Positions 1 through 10,311 of a DNA stretch of 64,000 nt are shown in pieces. The stretch comes from a bacterium (GTDB lineage Bacteria; Zhuqueibacterota; QNDG01; DSAB01), in NCBI GenBank assembly GCA_011388275.1, contig DSAB01000070.1, positions 29 through 64,028 of the forward strand, read 5' to 3'. The notes beneath the pieces are model-generated. The model worked only from the letters and a program-made list of their open reading frames with translations. It was not told the DNA's origin and searched no databases. Each line of letters begins with the position of its first letter. Position 1 is the first letter of the stretch. Made by a program: the position numbers and the translations under genes.

Positions 1-2
1 TG

Positions 3-821
3 GACCCGAATACCCGGCTGATCAAAGCCGATCGTGGAACTCTCGAACAGGTTGTCATGAATCTCTGCATCAACGCCAGGGATGCCATGCCGAACGGAGG
101 GAATCTTTATATAAAGACAGAGAGTCTGACACCAGACAAGGACGAGCTCGACCGGGTTCCCGGTGCCGAGCCCGGAGAGTATGTGCGCCTGACGGTCAGG
201 GATACCGGTGTGGGGATGAGCGATGAAGTCATTAAACAGATATATGATCCATTCTTTACGACGAAAAAAGCGGGCAAGGGAACGGGATTGGGGCTCAGCG
301 TTGTCTACGGGATAGTCAAGCAGCACAAGGGGTGGATTCATGTGACCAGTCAGGTCGGCAAAGGATCCGTCTTTCAAATCTGTTTGCCGGTTCCGAGCAG
401 TGAGACCAACAGGGAGATCAGCATGAATTTGGAGAAAGCGGGGACTCAAACAAATAATCAGCGCATCCTCTTTATTGAGGATGAAGAGAAGATTCGGCAG
501 TTCACGGCAAGAGGGTTGACTCAAAAGGGGTTCAAGGTCTTTTGCGCGGCCACGGCCCGTGAAGCCGAGGATCTTTTCGATAGCCATGACGGTGATTTTG
601 AAATGGTGGTCAGCGATGTGGTCCTGCCCGATCAGAACGGCGTGGAACTGGTGGAGAAATTCCTGAAAATCCGGCCGGAGCTGAAGGTTCTCCTGAGCAG
701 CGGATACACGGATCATAAATCCATGTGGCCGGCCATACAGGAGAAAGGGTACAACTATCTGGTCAAACCCTACACACTCATGGATTTGATCAACGCGATC
801 AACGGGGCCATTCATGCCTGA
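3..821 (+). CDS. Hybrid sensor histidine kinase/response regulator, C-terminal part (5' truncated by window edge)
   Basis: Frame is open from nt 3 (DPNTRLIKADRGTLEQVVMNL). HATPase_c boxes NARDAM, DTGVGM, FFTTK, GTGLGL, then a receiver domain (ILFIEDE, SDVVLPD, SGY, KPY). Confidence 0.93.
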   Translation, partial: DPNTRLIKADRGTLEQVVMNLCINARDAMPNGGNLYIKTESLTPDKDELDRVPGAEPGEYVRLTVRDTGVGMSDEVIKQIYDPFFTTKKAGKGTGLGLSVVYGIVKQHKGWIHVTSQVGKGSVFQICLPVPSSETNREISMNLEKAGTQTNNQRILFIEDEEKIRQFTARGLTQKGFKVFCAATAREAEDLFDSHDGDFEMVVSDVVLPDQNGVELVEKFLKIRPELKVLLSSGYTDHKSMWPAIQEKGYNYLVKPYTLMDLINAINGAIHA

Positions 822-890
822 GACTCGGCGGAGAAACGCGATTCGTGTGCCGCGGGTTTGCTTGAATGCCGATTAACGAAAAGAGGAATG

Positions 891-3800
891 ATGCCGGGAA
901 TTTATTTTCAGAAAGAAACGAACAGACATTACCGAATGCTGTTCATCGGAGCGGGATTCAGCGCCGTGTACTGGTGTCTGGAATCGTTCCGGGACGCGTT
1001 TGTTTTTCACCGGGGACCTTTTTTGCAGCGTCTGGTCGCTCCGGATCTGACCGGATTCTGGATGCGAATTCTGGTGGTGTGCGTTATCATGCTGTTCAGC
1101 GCCAGGACCCAGATCATGAGCCGGTCCACCGAAGAGCAGCCGGGACGGCGGCGTGGCCCGTTCGGCGTCATTCTGATCGGTTTCTGTTTCAGCGGCTTGT
1201 ACTGGATTCTGGAGGCGTTCAGGGATTCGTTTGTATTTGAAAGGACGCCCTTTTTCAAGTCGCTCCTGCAGCCGGATCCCATGGGACTGTGGATGCGAAT
1301 GCTGGCTGTTTGTATCATTGTTCTGTTCAGCATTTACGCGCAGTCTCTCATCAATGCCCGAAAACGCGCGGAAATCCGGCTTCTCGAAGAACAGGCGGAG
1401 CTGGAAAAAGTGGTGCGGCAGCGGACTCTCGAATCGGCCCGTTCCCTGGATCAGCTGGTGGTCGAGATCGAAGAGCGTAAACAGGCTGAAGTCGAATTGA
1501 GACGGTCCAACCGGGCGTTGAAAACACTGAGTGAGGGAAACAAGGCCCTGGTCAGAGCCACCAGCGAAGCGGATCTGCTTCGGAATGTATGCCGGATTTG
1601 CATCGAGCCCGGTGAATATGCCTTCGCCTGGGTGGGTTGGTGCCTTGAAGAGCAGGGACTCATCGAACCGGCGGCCTGGGCCGGTGACGTGCCGGATCTG
1701 GTTGGCTCCCGTCCCCTTTCGTGGCTGTCTGGTTCGGCAAAGGAGATTGAAAACCCGAATCTGTCCGCTGAAACCCGCGTCTTTCACTACGGTGAATCCG
1801 AAAAGGATGCTCCCGATTTTGAAACAGCCGGCGCGGCAGGGATACAGTCGATGTGTTTGCTGCCGCTGTCGGGAGAAGAAGGCGTATTCGGCGTTCTGGC
1901 CATTTACAGCCGGTCCGACACCGCTTTCAATGGAGAGGATATCGATCTGCTGGAAGAGATGGCGCATGATCTGGCTTTTGGTATCGGCGTGCTGCGCAAC
2001 AGAGAAGAACAGAAACGAATCAAGGAAGAACTGCAGAACAGCGAAGAGAAGTACCGCACGTTGACGGAAAACATCAACGCCGGTATTTTCCGCACAACAG
2101 TGGATCCGGATGGGACCTTTCTGGAAGCCAATGCGTACCTGGCGGATATGCTGGGATATCCCGACAAGAATGCCCTGATGCAAATGAAAGTGAAAGAGCT
2201 CTATCAGTCTTCCGAAGACCGCCAAAAACTGATTGATAAACTCCGGGCAAATGGATTTGTCAAGGATGAAGTGATCCGGCTGAAAAAGCGGGATTCCACC
2301 CCCATATACGCGTCGGTTACCGTGGTTATGGTTCGCGACGGGAAGAAGGAGACGACCTATCTGGACGGCTTTCTGGAGGATATTACGGAACGCCGTCAGG
2401 CCATGGAGGCTTTGCGCGAGAGTGAAGAACGGTACCGGACCATCGCGGAGAATACGACGGATGTGATCTGGATGATGAATATGGACATGTCTCTGGTCTA
2501 CGTCAGTCCGTCGATCAAGCAGCAGCTCGGCTATGATGTCGAAGAGATCCTGACGCTTCCGCTTCATCGGTTTCTGGCTCCCAGATCTTTACAGACCGTT
2601 CAAAGGATGATTGCTAAAATCCGTCATGAAACCTGTACCGGCTCTCAGGGTGAATCTCTGTCCAGAACCCTTGAACTGCAAATGGCCAGAAAGGATGGAT
2701 CCTCGGTTTTGGTGGAATTTATGGGGACACTGGTTCGCGATTCGGAAGGCAATCTCACGGGAATTCACGGCATCAGCCGGGATATTACCGAGCGGAAACA
2801 GATGCAGACGGAGATCGATCAGCGAAAGAAATATCTGGAGTTTGTGCTGAACGAAACACCCGATGCAATCATCACTCTGAACGCGCAGCGTCATATTGTC
2901 GAATGGAACCGGGGTGCGGAGAAATTATTCAAGTATGCCCGGCATGAAGTGCTGGGAAGGGACCTGGATGACCTGATCTGCCGGGGCGAAATGCGGAAGG
3001 AAGCAACCCGATTGACCCAAATGGTCTTAAGGGGCGAGAAAGTTCCGAAACTGGAGACAGTACGGTATCGTAAAAACGGTTCTCCCGTGCATGTAATGGC
3101 GGCCGCTTCACCCCTTCGGTTCAGCGGCGTCCTGCACGGCATTGTGGCCGTGTATACGGATATTTCGGAACGAAAACGGGCGGAAGAAGAGCTGAAACGA
3201 TTGAATCAATCCCTGAAAACATTGAGCGAGATCAATATATCACTGGTTCGGGATACCGATGAAAAAATACTCCTGGAAGATGTCTGTCACATTCTCGTCA
3301 ATGTGGGAGGCTATGAGGCTGCGTGGGTGGGATACCGGGATCCGGAAAATGAAGAGAGAATCAAGTCCCAGGCCCTGTTTGCCGGGAATCTGGGTTCTTT
3401 TGATCCGGCATTGGTCCGGTGGGAATCGGTGAACGTAAAAGATGATCCTGTTGGAAAAGCCCTTCGAACCGGAGGATTGTCCATCATCAGAGGATCTATC
3501 GCAGAGCCTGTCTCTCTTTTCGACAAAGGCCGCATGAGATCGGGTATCTGTCTTCCTCTGAAAGAAAAAAGCCGGGTTTTCGGTGTTTTGCAAATCATCT
3601 CATCCGACATGGAAGCTTTTGACAGTCAGGAGGTCAGCCTTCTTCAGGAGATGGCCAATGATTTGGCGTTTGGCATTGACGTGCTGCGTTCGAGACGGAT
3701 TCATGAACAGGCTGAAAAGGAGAAGAAACGCATGCATGCTCAGCTGCTGCAGGCCCAGAAAATGGAAGCCGTGGGTATTCTTGCAGGCGGCATCGCTCAT

Positions 3801-4880
3801 GATTTTAACAATCTGCTGACGGCTATTCTGGGTTGTGCGGATATGGCGATGATGGAGCTGACCAAAGATCACACTGTTTACGCCGATTTAAAGGAGATTG
3901 TGCATGCATCCAAACGGGCGGCGGAGTTGACCCGGCAATTGCTGCTGTTCAGCCGCAAACAGCCCATGCAGTACGAAAATGTGGATTTAAACGGCACAAT
4001 CAGGAATCTGATAAAGATGCTTCAGCGGCTGATCGGTGAAGACATCACGATTCAAACGTTGCTGGATGATGATCTGAGCCTCATCAGGGCCGATGCGGGG
4101 ACCGTTGAACAGGTTATCATGAATCTGGCTGTGAATGCCAGGGATGCCATGCCTCAGGGTGGTCGCCTGGAGGTGAGTACGAACAATGTCCGGTTGACTG
4201 CGAAAAAATGCCGGGATCACAGTGAAGCCCGACCCGGAAAATTTGTTTGCCTTTCTGTTCGTGATTCGGGTATGGGCATGTCATCCGATGTCATCCAGCA
4301 CATATTCGAGCCATTTTTCAGTACCAAGGGTGTCGGCAAGGGAACGGGTCTGGGCTTGTCGGTTGTGTATGGAATCATCAAACAGCATAACGGATGGATC
4401 GATGTTCAAAGCCGGTTGAATGAAGGATCGCAGTTTGAGATTTATTTTCCCGCTGTTTCGGAGAAGAAGGATAAAAGAATGAAAAAAACCCCTGTTCAGG
4501 AGAAGAAAACAATTGCCGGAAAACGTATTCTTTTGATTGAAGACGAAGAGAGGGTGCGTGAATTTGCTATCAGCGGGTTGGGCCGAAGCGGATTTGAAGT
4601 TTTTGCCGCATCCAACGCCCGGGAAGCCAGACAAATATTTCAGAACGAAAACGGGGATTTTCATCTGATTCTGAGCGATGTGGTTCTGCCTGACTGCAAC
4701 GGCCTGGAGCTGGTTGATGATTTTTTGGCTCAGAATCCCGATCTGGCCGTTCTGCTCAGCAGCGGGTATACGGATTACCAGGCCCGGTGGCCGAGTATTG
4801 AAGAAAGGGGCTTTCGTTTTTTGGAAAAACCCTATGTTTTGGCAGATTTATTGCATGTTATTCGGGATATGGCCGCTTAG
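891..4880 (+). CDS. Membrane-bound hybrid histidine kinase (duplicated 2-TM module, GAF, 3 PAS, GAF, HisKA, HATPase_c, REC)
   Basis: H-box AGGIAHDFNNLL, N/G boxes, PAS ends (DITER, DISER), C-terminal receiver. Start is ATG 888 or 891 after AGAGGA; the ORF track TTG at 858 is less likely. Confidence 0.93.
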   Translation: MPGIYFQKETNRHYRMLFIGAGFSAVYWCLESFRDAFVFHRGPFLQRLVAPDLTGFWMRILVVCVIMLFSARTQIMSRSTEEQPGRRRGPFGVILIGFCFSGLYWILEAFRDSFVFERTPFFKSLLQPDPMGLWMRMLAVCIIVLFSIYAQSLINARKRAEIRLLEEQAELEKVVRQRTLESARSLDQLVVEIEERKQAEVELRRSNRALKTLSEGNKALVRATSEADLLRNVCRICIEPGEYAFAWVGWCLEEQGLIEPAAWAGDVPDLVGSRPLSWLSGSAKEIENPNLSAETRVFHYGESEKDAPDFETAGAAGIQSMCLLPLSGEEGVFGVLAIYSRSDTAFNGEDIDLLEEMAHDLAFGIGVLRNREEQKRIKEELQNSEEKYRTLTENINAGIFRTTVDPDGTFLEANAYLADMLGYPDKNALMQMKVKELYQSSEDRQKLIDKLRANGFVKDEVIRLKKRDSTPIYASVTVVMVRDGKKETTYLDGFLEDITERRQAMEALRESEERYRTIAENTTDVIWMMNMDMSLVYVSPSIKQQLGYDVEEILTLPLHRFLAPRSLQTVQRMIAKIRHETCTGSQGESLSRTLELQMARKDGSSVLVEFMGTLVRDSEGNLTGIHGISRDITERKQMQTEIDQRKKYLEFVLNETPDAIITLNAQRHIVEWNRGAEKLFKYARHEVLGRDLDDLICRGEMRKEATRLTQMVLRGEKVPKLETVRYRKNGSPVHVMAAASPLRFSGVLHGIVAVYTDISERKRAEEELKRLNQSLKTLSEINISLVRDTDEKILLEDVCHILVNVGGYEAAWVGYRDPENEERIKSQALFAGNLGSFDPALVRWESVNVKDDPVGKALRTGGLSIIRGSIAEPVSLFDKGRMRSGICLPLKEKSRVFGVLQIISSDMEAFDSQEVSLLQEMANDLAFGIDVLRSRRIHEQAEKEKKRMHAQLLQAQKMEAVGILAGGIAHDFNNLLTAILGCADMAMMELTKDHTVYADLKEIVHASKRAAELTRQLLLFSRKQPMQYENVDLNGTIRNLIKMLQRLIGEDITIQTLLDDDLSLIRADAGTVEQVIMNLAVNARDAMPQGGRLEVSTNNVRLTAKKCRDHSEARPGKFVCLSVRDSGMGMSSDVIQHIFEPFFSTKGVGKGTGLGLSVVYGIIKQHNGWIDVQSRLNEGSQFEIYFPAVSEKKDKRMKKTPVQEKKTIAGKRILLIEDEERVREFAISGLGRSGFEVFAASNAREARQIFQNENGDFHLILSDVVLPDCNGLELVDDFLAQNPDLAVLLSSGYTDYQARWPSIEERGFRFLEKPYVLADLLHVIRDMAA

Positions 4881-5027
4881 GGCGATCAATGGCTTTTTTA
4901 TTTCAACTTGAAACGGGAATTGTGTATTTGAACATCGAAGGAATTGCAGACGAAAGTGCATCGGCTTGAAGCCTGATTCAGGGGGGGCTTTCTGAGCGGA
5001 TCTTCTTTTGACTGCGGGAGAGCTCGA

Positions 5028-7019
5028 ATGTTTATCAATCGATTGAAAATCCGCGGCAAAATATTGGTCTTTATACTGGGGATCAATATTCTGGTTCTTC
5101 TGACCATTTTCTCCATTTTTTATCGTTTTTCGAAGAACATTCTCGTTCATGAACTTCAGCAGAAAGCTTCCGAGAAAGTAATCGGTGTGTCGCGTACCAT
5201 TGAAGGATATTTTCTCGAAAAGGGAAAGATCGCCTGGACCTTCAGCCGGAATCCCTATCTGAAACGATGGCTTAAAACCGGTGCGGTCAGAGGGGCCGAT
5301 TATTCCCGCGATCCCGTGTACCAGGATATTATCGCGCATTTCAGGACGATTGTCGCCGGAGATCCGGAAATCTATTCGGCTGCCGTGGCCAGTGAGAAGT
5401 CGCAGGAATATTTTGACAATGAAGAACAGGTTCTTCCCGACACATATTATGTGGGGCAGAGACCCTGGTACATTGCGGCTATTGCGAAGGAAAGCCCGTC
5501 CTGGGACATTGATGTCAGTTATACGGATCAAAAGGCCTATCTGAATTACAGGCATCCCATCTATGATGATGAGGGCAGGGTTTTGGGGGCCGGATGTATC
5601 GATATCAGTCTGGAAAATCTGAGTTCCTTTATGGAGAATCTCGACATCTTTTCAACCGGTGTCCCTATATTGATCGGGCAGGATGGAACGATCCTTTACC
5701 ATCCCGACACCTCATATGTATTCAAGAAGAAAATATTCGATATTCAGGACGATGGAAAGCAGTACAGAAACCTCGATCAGGTTTTCAGGCGTATTCATGA
5801 GAAAGAAACCGGCGCGGACAATGTGATTTTCGAAGGAAAGCGAAGGATTTTCCTAACCGCGCCTCTTCCACAGTTGGGATGGACCGTTCTGCTCAGTGTT
5901 TCCGCAAGAGAAATGACCTTACCCTTGAGCCGTCTGACCCTTATCACATTGGTTGTGATCGCGGTAGCCATGGCCTTGTTAACCGTTTCTGTCCTGTTCA
6001 TATCGGGAATCATTACCAGACCTCTGGCCCGGGTGGTGAACATGCTGCGCAATATCGCGGAAGGAGACGGTGATCTGGTCAGCCGAATCCATGTTGACAC
6101 AAAGGACGAGACAGGAGATGTGGCTCACTGGTTCAATGTCTTTGTAGAGAAGATGTATGAAATTGTGTCCCAGGTCAGGAAGAATGCCGGACAGCTGGCC
6201 GTTGGAACCGGAGAGGTCAGCGCAGCCGCCGTGCAGCTTGCGGCCGCCTCGGAAGAACAGAGTACCCAGGCCGGTGAAGTGGCGGCCAGCGTGCAGGAAG
6301 TGGCCGCCGCCATTGTGCTCAACTCCCAGAACGCGAATCAAACTGCAGGGCTGGCCCAAAAAGCCAACGAGAAGGCTCTGCAGGGTGAAGAGGTCATGCA
6401 GGCGTCTCTCAGTCAGATGGAGGAGATTGTCGGGCGCGTGGGACAGGCTGAGTCCATCGTCAATTCACTGTTCCGGCGAATGGACAAGATCAGGGAAGTG
6501 GTCTGGACGATTAATGACATTACCGCGCAGACCAAGGTTTTGGCATTGAATGCGTCTATCGAAGCGGCCAATGCCGGAGAACAGGGCAAGGGATTTGCGG
6601 TTGTGGCCGAAGAGGTGCGCAGTCTGGCAGGCAGAACCAGTGAAGCCACCAAGGAGATCAGCCAGACCATGAAATCCATCCATGAAGACGCGGAAAAGGC
6701 TTTTGAATCCATGACTTCAGTCAAGACGGCGGTATCGGAGGGCAGGCAGAATACAGAGCAGTCCGGAGCCGCCTTTGAGGAGATCGTTCAGGCGGTTTCA
6801 GAAGCCATGTCCATGATTCAGCAGATCGCTTCGGTCTCCGAAGAGCAGAGCACCGGAGCGGAAGAGATCGCGAGAGCCGTGTCAGCCATCAGCGATATCA
6901 CCGGACAATCCGCAGAGGGGGTGGAACAGATGGCCGCGGCGGCCCAGCATCTGAAAGAGCAGACCGAAGAGCTGAATCAGCTGGTGCGGCAATTCACTCT
7001 GGATGAATCGTGTTCCTGA
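5028..7019 (+). CDS. Methyl-accepting chemotaxis-like protein with periplasmic dCache domain and HAMP
   Basis: Two TM helices, dCache motifs (RPWY, PIYD..G.VLG), HAMP (GDLVSRI..KDETG), MCP signalling domain [24 protein letters not shown]. Confidence 0.93.
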   Translation: MFINRLKIRGKILVFILGINILVLLTIFSIFYRFSKNILVHELQQKASEKVIGVSRTIEGYFLEKGKIAWTFSRNPYLKRWLKTGAVRGADYSRDPVYQDIIAHFRTIVAGDPEIYSAAVASEKSQEYFDNEEQVLPDTYYVGQRPWYIAAIAKESPSWDIDVSYTDQKAYLNYRHPIYDDEGRVLGAGCIDISLENLSSFMENLDIFSTGVPILIGQDGTILYHPDTSYVFKKKIFDIQDDGKQYRNLDQVFRRIHEKETGADNVIFEGKRRIFLTAPLPQLGWTVLLSVSAREMTLPLSRLTLITLVVIAVAMALLTVSVLFISGIITRPLARVVNMLRNIAEGDGDLVSRIHVDTKDETGDVAHWFNVFVEKMYEIVSQVRKNAGQLAVGTGEVSAAAVQLAAASEEQSTQAGEVAASVQEVAAAIVLNSQNANQTAGLAQKANEKALQGEEVMQASLSQMEEIVGRVGQAESIVNSLFRRMDKIREVVWTINDITAQTKVLALNASIEAANAGEQGKGFAVVAEEVRSLAGRTSEATKEISQTMKSIHEDAEKAFESMTSVKTAVSEGRQNTEQSGAAFEEIVQAVSEAMSMIQQIASVSEEQSTGAEEIARAVSAISDITGQSAEGVEQMAAAAQHLKEQTEELNQLVRQFTLDESCS

Positions 7020-7107
7020 GAACATTGAACCGAACCGGGTAAGATTCTGCCGTAATAATTAGGAAGAGGAAACACTAAACAAATCGAACAAAATGATGGA
7101 GATATTG

Positions 7108-7677
7108 ATGAAGAAGGAACTTTGTCTTATACTTTTCGTCATGGCCTGTCTGCCCATTCGTGAGGGATTTTCCGCTGAACCGGCGCCTCCCGCTCTGGTC
7201 CAGTACGCGCGTCAGAATCTGGCACAGCTGGGTCGCAGTCCGGTCATTGTCAAAGAAGTCAGCAACCAAAACAGCCGGAATCTCAATATGGATGAGGTTA
7301 AAAGAAACGATGATCGCTGGAGGTCCACACGCGGGATCGCGGAGTTTATGCGGCCTCTTATGAACTCCCAATGTGCCGGATATTTAAGGGCCATCCAGAA
7401 GAGTAAAAAGTATTTTATGGATATCACCGTCGTGGATTCCCGGGGAGTCAGTGTGGCCATGAGCGAAAAGACTCGTGAATACTGGCATCGTGACAGGGAA
7501 TTCTTCACGCAGGTCATGAATGGGGCGGAAGGATCGCTGTTCGTGGGCGATATGGAATTTGATACCAGCCTGCAGATCTATATGGTTCATGTCGGAGTGC
7601 CCGTCTATGAAGGGGATCGGGTAATCGGGGCGATCTCGATCGGTATTGATGTGGATCAATTTGAGAAAACGCTGTAA
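7108..7677 (+). CDS. Secreted stand-alone Cache/PDC-like sensor domain protein
   Basis: Signal peptide MKKELCLILFVMACL..FSA; Cache-like C-terminus (ITVVDSRGVSVA..YW..VGVPVYEGDRVIGAISIGID); GGAG before ATG 7108; no TM or output domain. Confidence 0.75.
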   Translation: MKKELCLILFVMACLPIREGFSAEPAPPALVQYARQNLAQLGRSPVIVKEVSNQNSRNLNMDEVKRNDDRWRSTRGIAEFMRPLMNSQCAGYLRAIQKSKKYFMDITVVDSRGVSVAMSEKTREYWHRDREFFTQVMNGAEGSLFVGDMEFDTSLQIYMVHVGVPVYEGDRVIGAISIGIDVDQFEKTL

Positions 7678-7751
7678 CTGCGAATCCTTCGGATGAGTCA
7701 ATGGCTTGTTGATTTTAAAATTACCAGCCTGTTCCAAGAAAGGAAATCATC

Positions 7752-9422
7752 ATGCTGCAATGGTTTCGGGATTTGAAAATTACTCACAAACTGATCATCG
7801 GATTTTCGAGCATGCTGGTCATTATGATTGTAGTCGGAATCAGCGGTTTTATCGGAATGGGCCGGACTCAGGGACACTTGACTGAAATCTATTTACAGCG
7901 TCTGCCCAGTCTTGATTATATACTGCAGGCGGATCGCGACCTGTATCAGCTGATTGTGGCGGAGCGGTCCATGATTTTCGCCGACGTGCGGTCCGATGTG
8001 TTTCAGCAGTTTATAGCTGATTATGAAGAAAATATGGCCCAGTCCGCCGAACGGTGGGAAAAATACAAGGAGTTGAACCATACAGAGGCCGAACTTCCGC
8101 TGATCGAGAAATTCGACAGGATTCGTGCCGTGTGGGAAGTCATTTCGCGCCGGATCGTAGAAGCTCGAAGTGAAGACACACGGCATGGTCGGCAGCTGGC
8201 CATTGATCTCAGCCTGAGTGAAGGGCATGATCAGTTTAATGAGATGCGGGAATGCCTGAACCAATTGACGGAAATCATCGTCGAGCAGGCGGGAATCGAA
8301 AATCTCGAAGCCAGGCGTGATTACCGCAATACGGTCATTATCGTGAGTCTTGTTCTCCTTTCCGGTGTTTTAGTGGGGTTTGTGCTTATGCGGGTTATCG
8401 GTGCGAGCGTGACCCGTCCGGTGCGGAAGGTTGTGGACATGCTTCATGATATCGCCCAGGGGCAGGGAGACCTGACCCGGCGTATCGATGTGGAATCCCG
8501 GGATGAGATGGGTGAACTGGCCAAATGGTTCAACCTTTTTGTGGACAAGCTGCATGAGATCGTCCGGCAGCTCAAGATTGCTGCCAATGCGCTGGCCGCG
8601 GCTTCCGAAGAAATCAGTTCCACGGCCATTGAAATGGCCACCGGGGCCGAGGAACAGAATCAGCAGACCAGTGAAGTGGCCACCAGCGTGCAGGAAGTCG
8701 CCGCGGCCATTGTTCTCAATTCACAGAACGCGCATCAAACCACGGATATCGCCCGGTCGGCGACCTCACGCGCCAAGGCCGGCACGGACGCCATGCACGA
8801 CACCCAGCAGGGCATGGAAGCCATTGTACGCTCTGTGGTAGAAACACATAAAGTCATCAAAGCCCTGCTCGAACGCCTGGAACAAATCAGCGATGTGGTC
8901 TGGACCATCGATGATATTGCCGCGCAGACCAAGGTGCTGGCGCTCAACGCTTCCATTGAAGCGGCCAATGCCGGTGAAGAAGGCAAGGGGTTCGCCATTG
9001 TCGCCAATGAGGTTCGCCGTCTGGTACTTCGAACCACGGAAGCGACACAGAATATCGAAGATACCCTGACCGCCATTCAAAAAGAGATCCAGAAGAGTTC
9101 GGAATCCATGGACCGGGTCAATGAAGTGGTTTCACAGGGCAAGAAGGCGGTTGTGAGGGCGGAAGGGGTTTTTCAGGAAATACTGGAAAGCGTTTCGCAG
9201 GCCATGTCCATGATACAGCAGATTGCCACGGTATCGCAGGAGCAGAGTTCGGGAGCGGAGGAAATTTCCAGAAGTGTTTCAGCCATCAGTGCGGTCAGCC
9301 AGCAATCGGCCAACGGGGCCGATCAGCTGGCTGCCTCGGCCCGACAGCTTAATCTTCAGACCACCGAACTCCGTGCGCTGGTCAACGAGTTTACGATTGA
9401 AGCCCAGGCGCAGCCGGATTGA
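7752..9422 (+). CDS. Methyl-accepting chemotaxis-like protein with four-helix-bundle (4HB_MCP-like) sensor and HAMP
   Basis: N-terminal LKI..KLI.GF TM1, helical periplasmic domain, TM2, HAMP ([16 protein letters not shown]), MCP domain paralogous to 5028..7019. Confidence 0.93.
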   Translation: MLQWFRDLKITHKLIIGFSSMLVIMIVVGISGFIGMGRTQGHLTEIYLQRLPSLDYILQADRDLYQLIVAERSMIFADVRSDVFQQFIADYEENMAQSAERWEKYKELNHTEAELPLIEKFDRIRAVWEVISRRIVEARSEDTRHGRQLAIDLSLSEGHDQFNEMRECLNQLTEIIVEQAGIENLEARRDYRNTVIIVSLVLLSGVLVGFVLMRVIGASVTRPVRKVVDMLHDIAQGQGDLTRRIDVESRDEMGELAKWFNLFVDKLHEIVRQLKIAANALAAASEEISSTAIEMATGAEEQNQQTSEVATSVQEVAAAIVLNSQNAHQTTDIARSATSRAKAGTDAMHDTQQGMEAIVRSVVETHKVIKALLERLEQISDVVWTIDDIAAQTKVLALNASIEAANAGEEGKGFAIVANEVRRLVLRTTEATQNIEDTLTAIQKEIQKSSESMDRVNEVVSQGKKAVVRAEGVFQEILESVSQAMSMIQQIATVSQEQSSGAEEISRSVSAISAVSQQSANGADQLAASARQLNLQTTELRALVNEFTIEAQAQPD

Positions 9423-9456
9423 AGCGATTCGGAACAGCAGGACGACGGAGGCTTCG

Positions 9457-9490
9457 AAAAAGACCCGGGCTCTTTGTTTCTGGGTCTTTT
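9457..9490. terminator. Bidirectional intrinsic terminator between convergent MCP and xth
   Basis: AAAAAGACCCGG-loop-CTGGGTCTTTT inverted repeat with A/T tracts on both sides. Confidence 0.7.
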
Positions 9491-10265
9491 ATTCGACACG
9501 AAATTCCAGGGCCACGGGACAGTGATCGGATCCTGTCACCTCACGCAGGATCGAAGCGGATACAATCCGGTCCGCGGCATTTGCGCTGACCAGAAAGTAA
9601 TCGATTCGCCAGCCGATGTTGCGTTCACGGGCCCGTGTCTTGTAATCCCACCAGCTATATTGTACTTCGTCCGGATGCAGCAGCCGGAATGAATCGACAA
9701 ATCCGCTCTCAAGAAAACGGTCGATCCAGGCTCTTTCTATCGGAAGAAATCCCGAGACGGATTCATTCTCTTTGGGTCTGGCCAGATCGATTTCCCGGTG
9801 GGCCGTGTTGACGTCGCCGCAGACAATCACGGTTTGACCCTGAGCGGTCTTTTCGCGTACGTGATTCTGAAAGGCTTCGTAAAAATCCATCTTGTACTGA
9901 AGCCGGTCCTTTGACGCCTTGCCGTTGGGGAAATACACGCTGTACAGCCAGTAGCTTCCAAGATCGACAGCCGTCAGCCGCCCCTCCTCATCGAAACGGT
10001 CTATTCCCATTCCTTCGATCACCCGGCGCGGTTTGATGCGCGTATAGATCGCCGTTCCGCTGTATCCCCTGCGTGCGGCGGCTGAAAAGCAGGCAAAATA
10101 ATCCGAAGGCGAAACCAATTCAGGGTCGAGCTGATCGGGAGAAGCCTTGGTCTCCTGCAGGCACAGCGCATGCGGATCGGTTTTCCGGAACCAATCCATA
10201 AATCCCTTTTTATGGACGGCTCTGAGTCCGTTGACATTCCAGGATACCAATTGATGAGTGGGCAT
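9489..10265 (-). CDS. xth: Exodeoxyribonuclease III / AP endonuclease
   Basis: SWNVNGLRA, LQETK, YFPNG, GDVNTAH, GWRIDY, SDHCP motifs. Confidence 0.96.
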   Translation of the reverse strand: MPTHQLVSWNVNGLRAVHKKGFMDWFRKTDPHALCLQETKASPDQLDPELVSPSDYFACFSAAARRGYSGTAIYTRIKPRRVIEGMGIDRFDEEGRLTAVDLGSYWLYSVYFPNGKASKDRLQYKMDFYEAFQNHVREKTAQGQTVIVCGDVNTAHREIDLARPKENESVSGFLPIERAWIDRFLESGFVDSFRLLHPDEVQYSWWDYKTRARERNIGWRIDYFLVSANAADRIVSASILREVTGSDHCPVALEFRVE

Positions 10266-10311
10266 TCTTTCTCCTATGGCGGGTATTTGCGGCCTGAATA
10301 GGTCCGGGTCA

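Noticed and set aside
873-2567. 564-aa minus-strand ORF
   Set aside because: Antisense shadow of the well-supported kinase; no recognisable motifs.
4881-5027. c-di-GMP riboswitch upstream of the MCP (GAAA tetraloop-like sequence)
   Set aside because: The GGCAAA..GCAAA consensus and the paired stems are absent.
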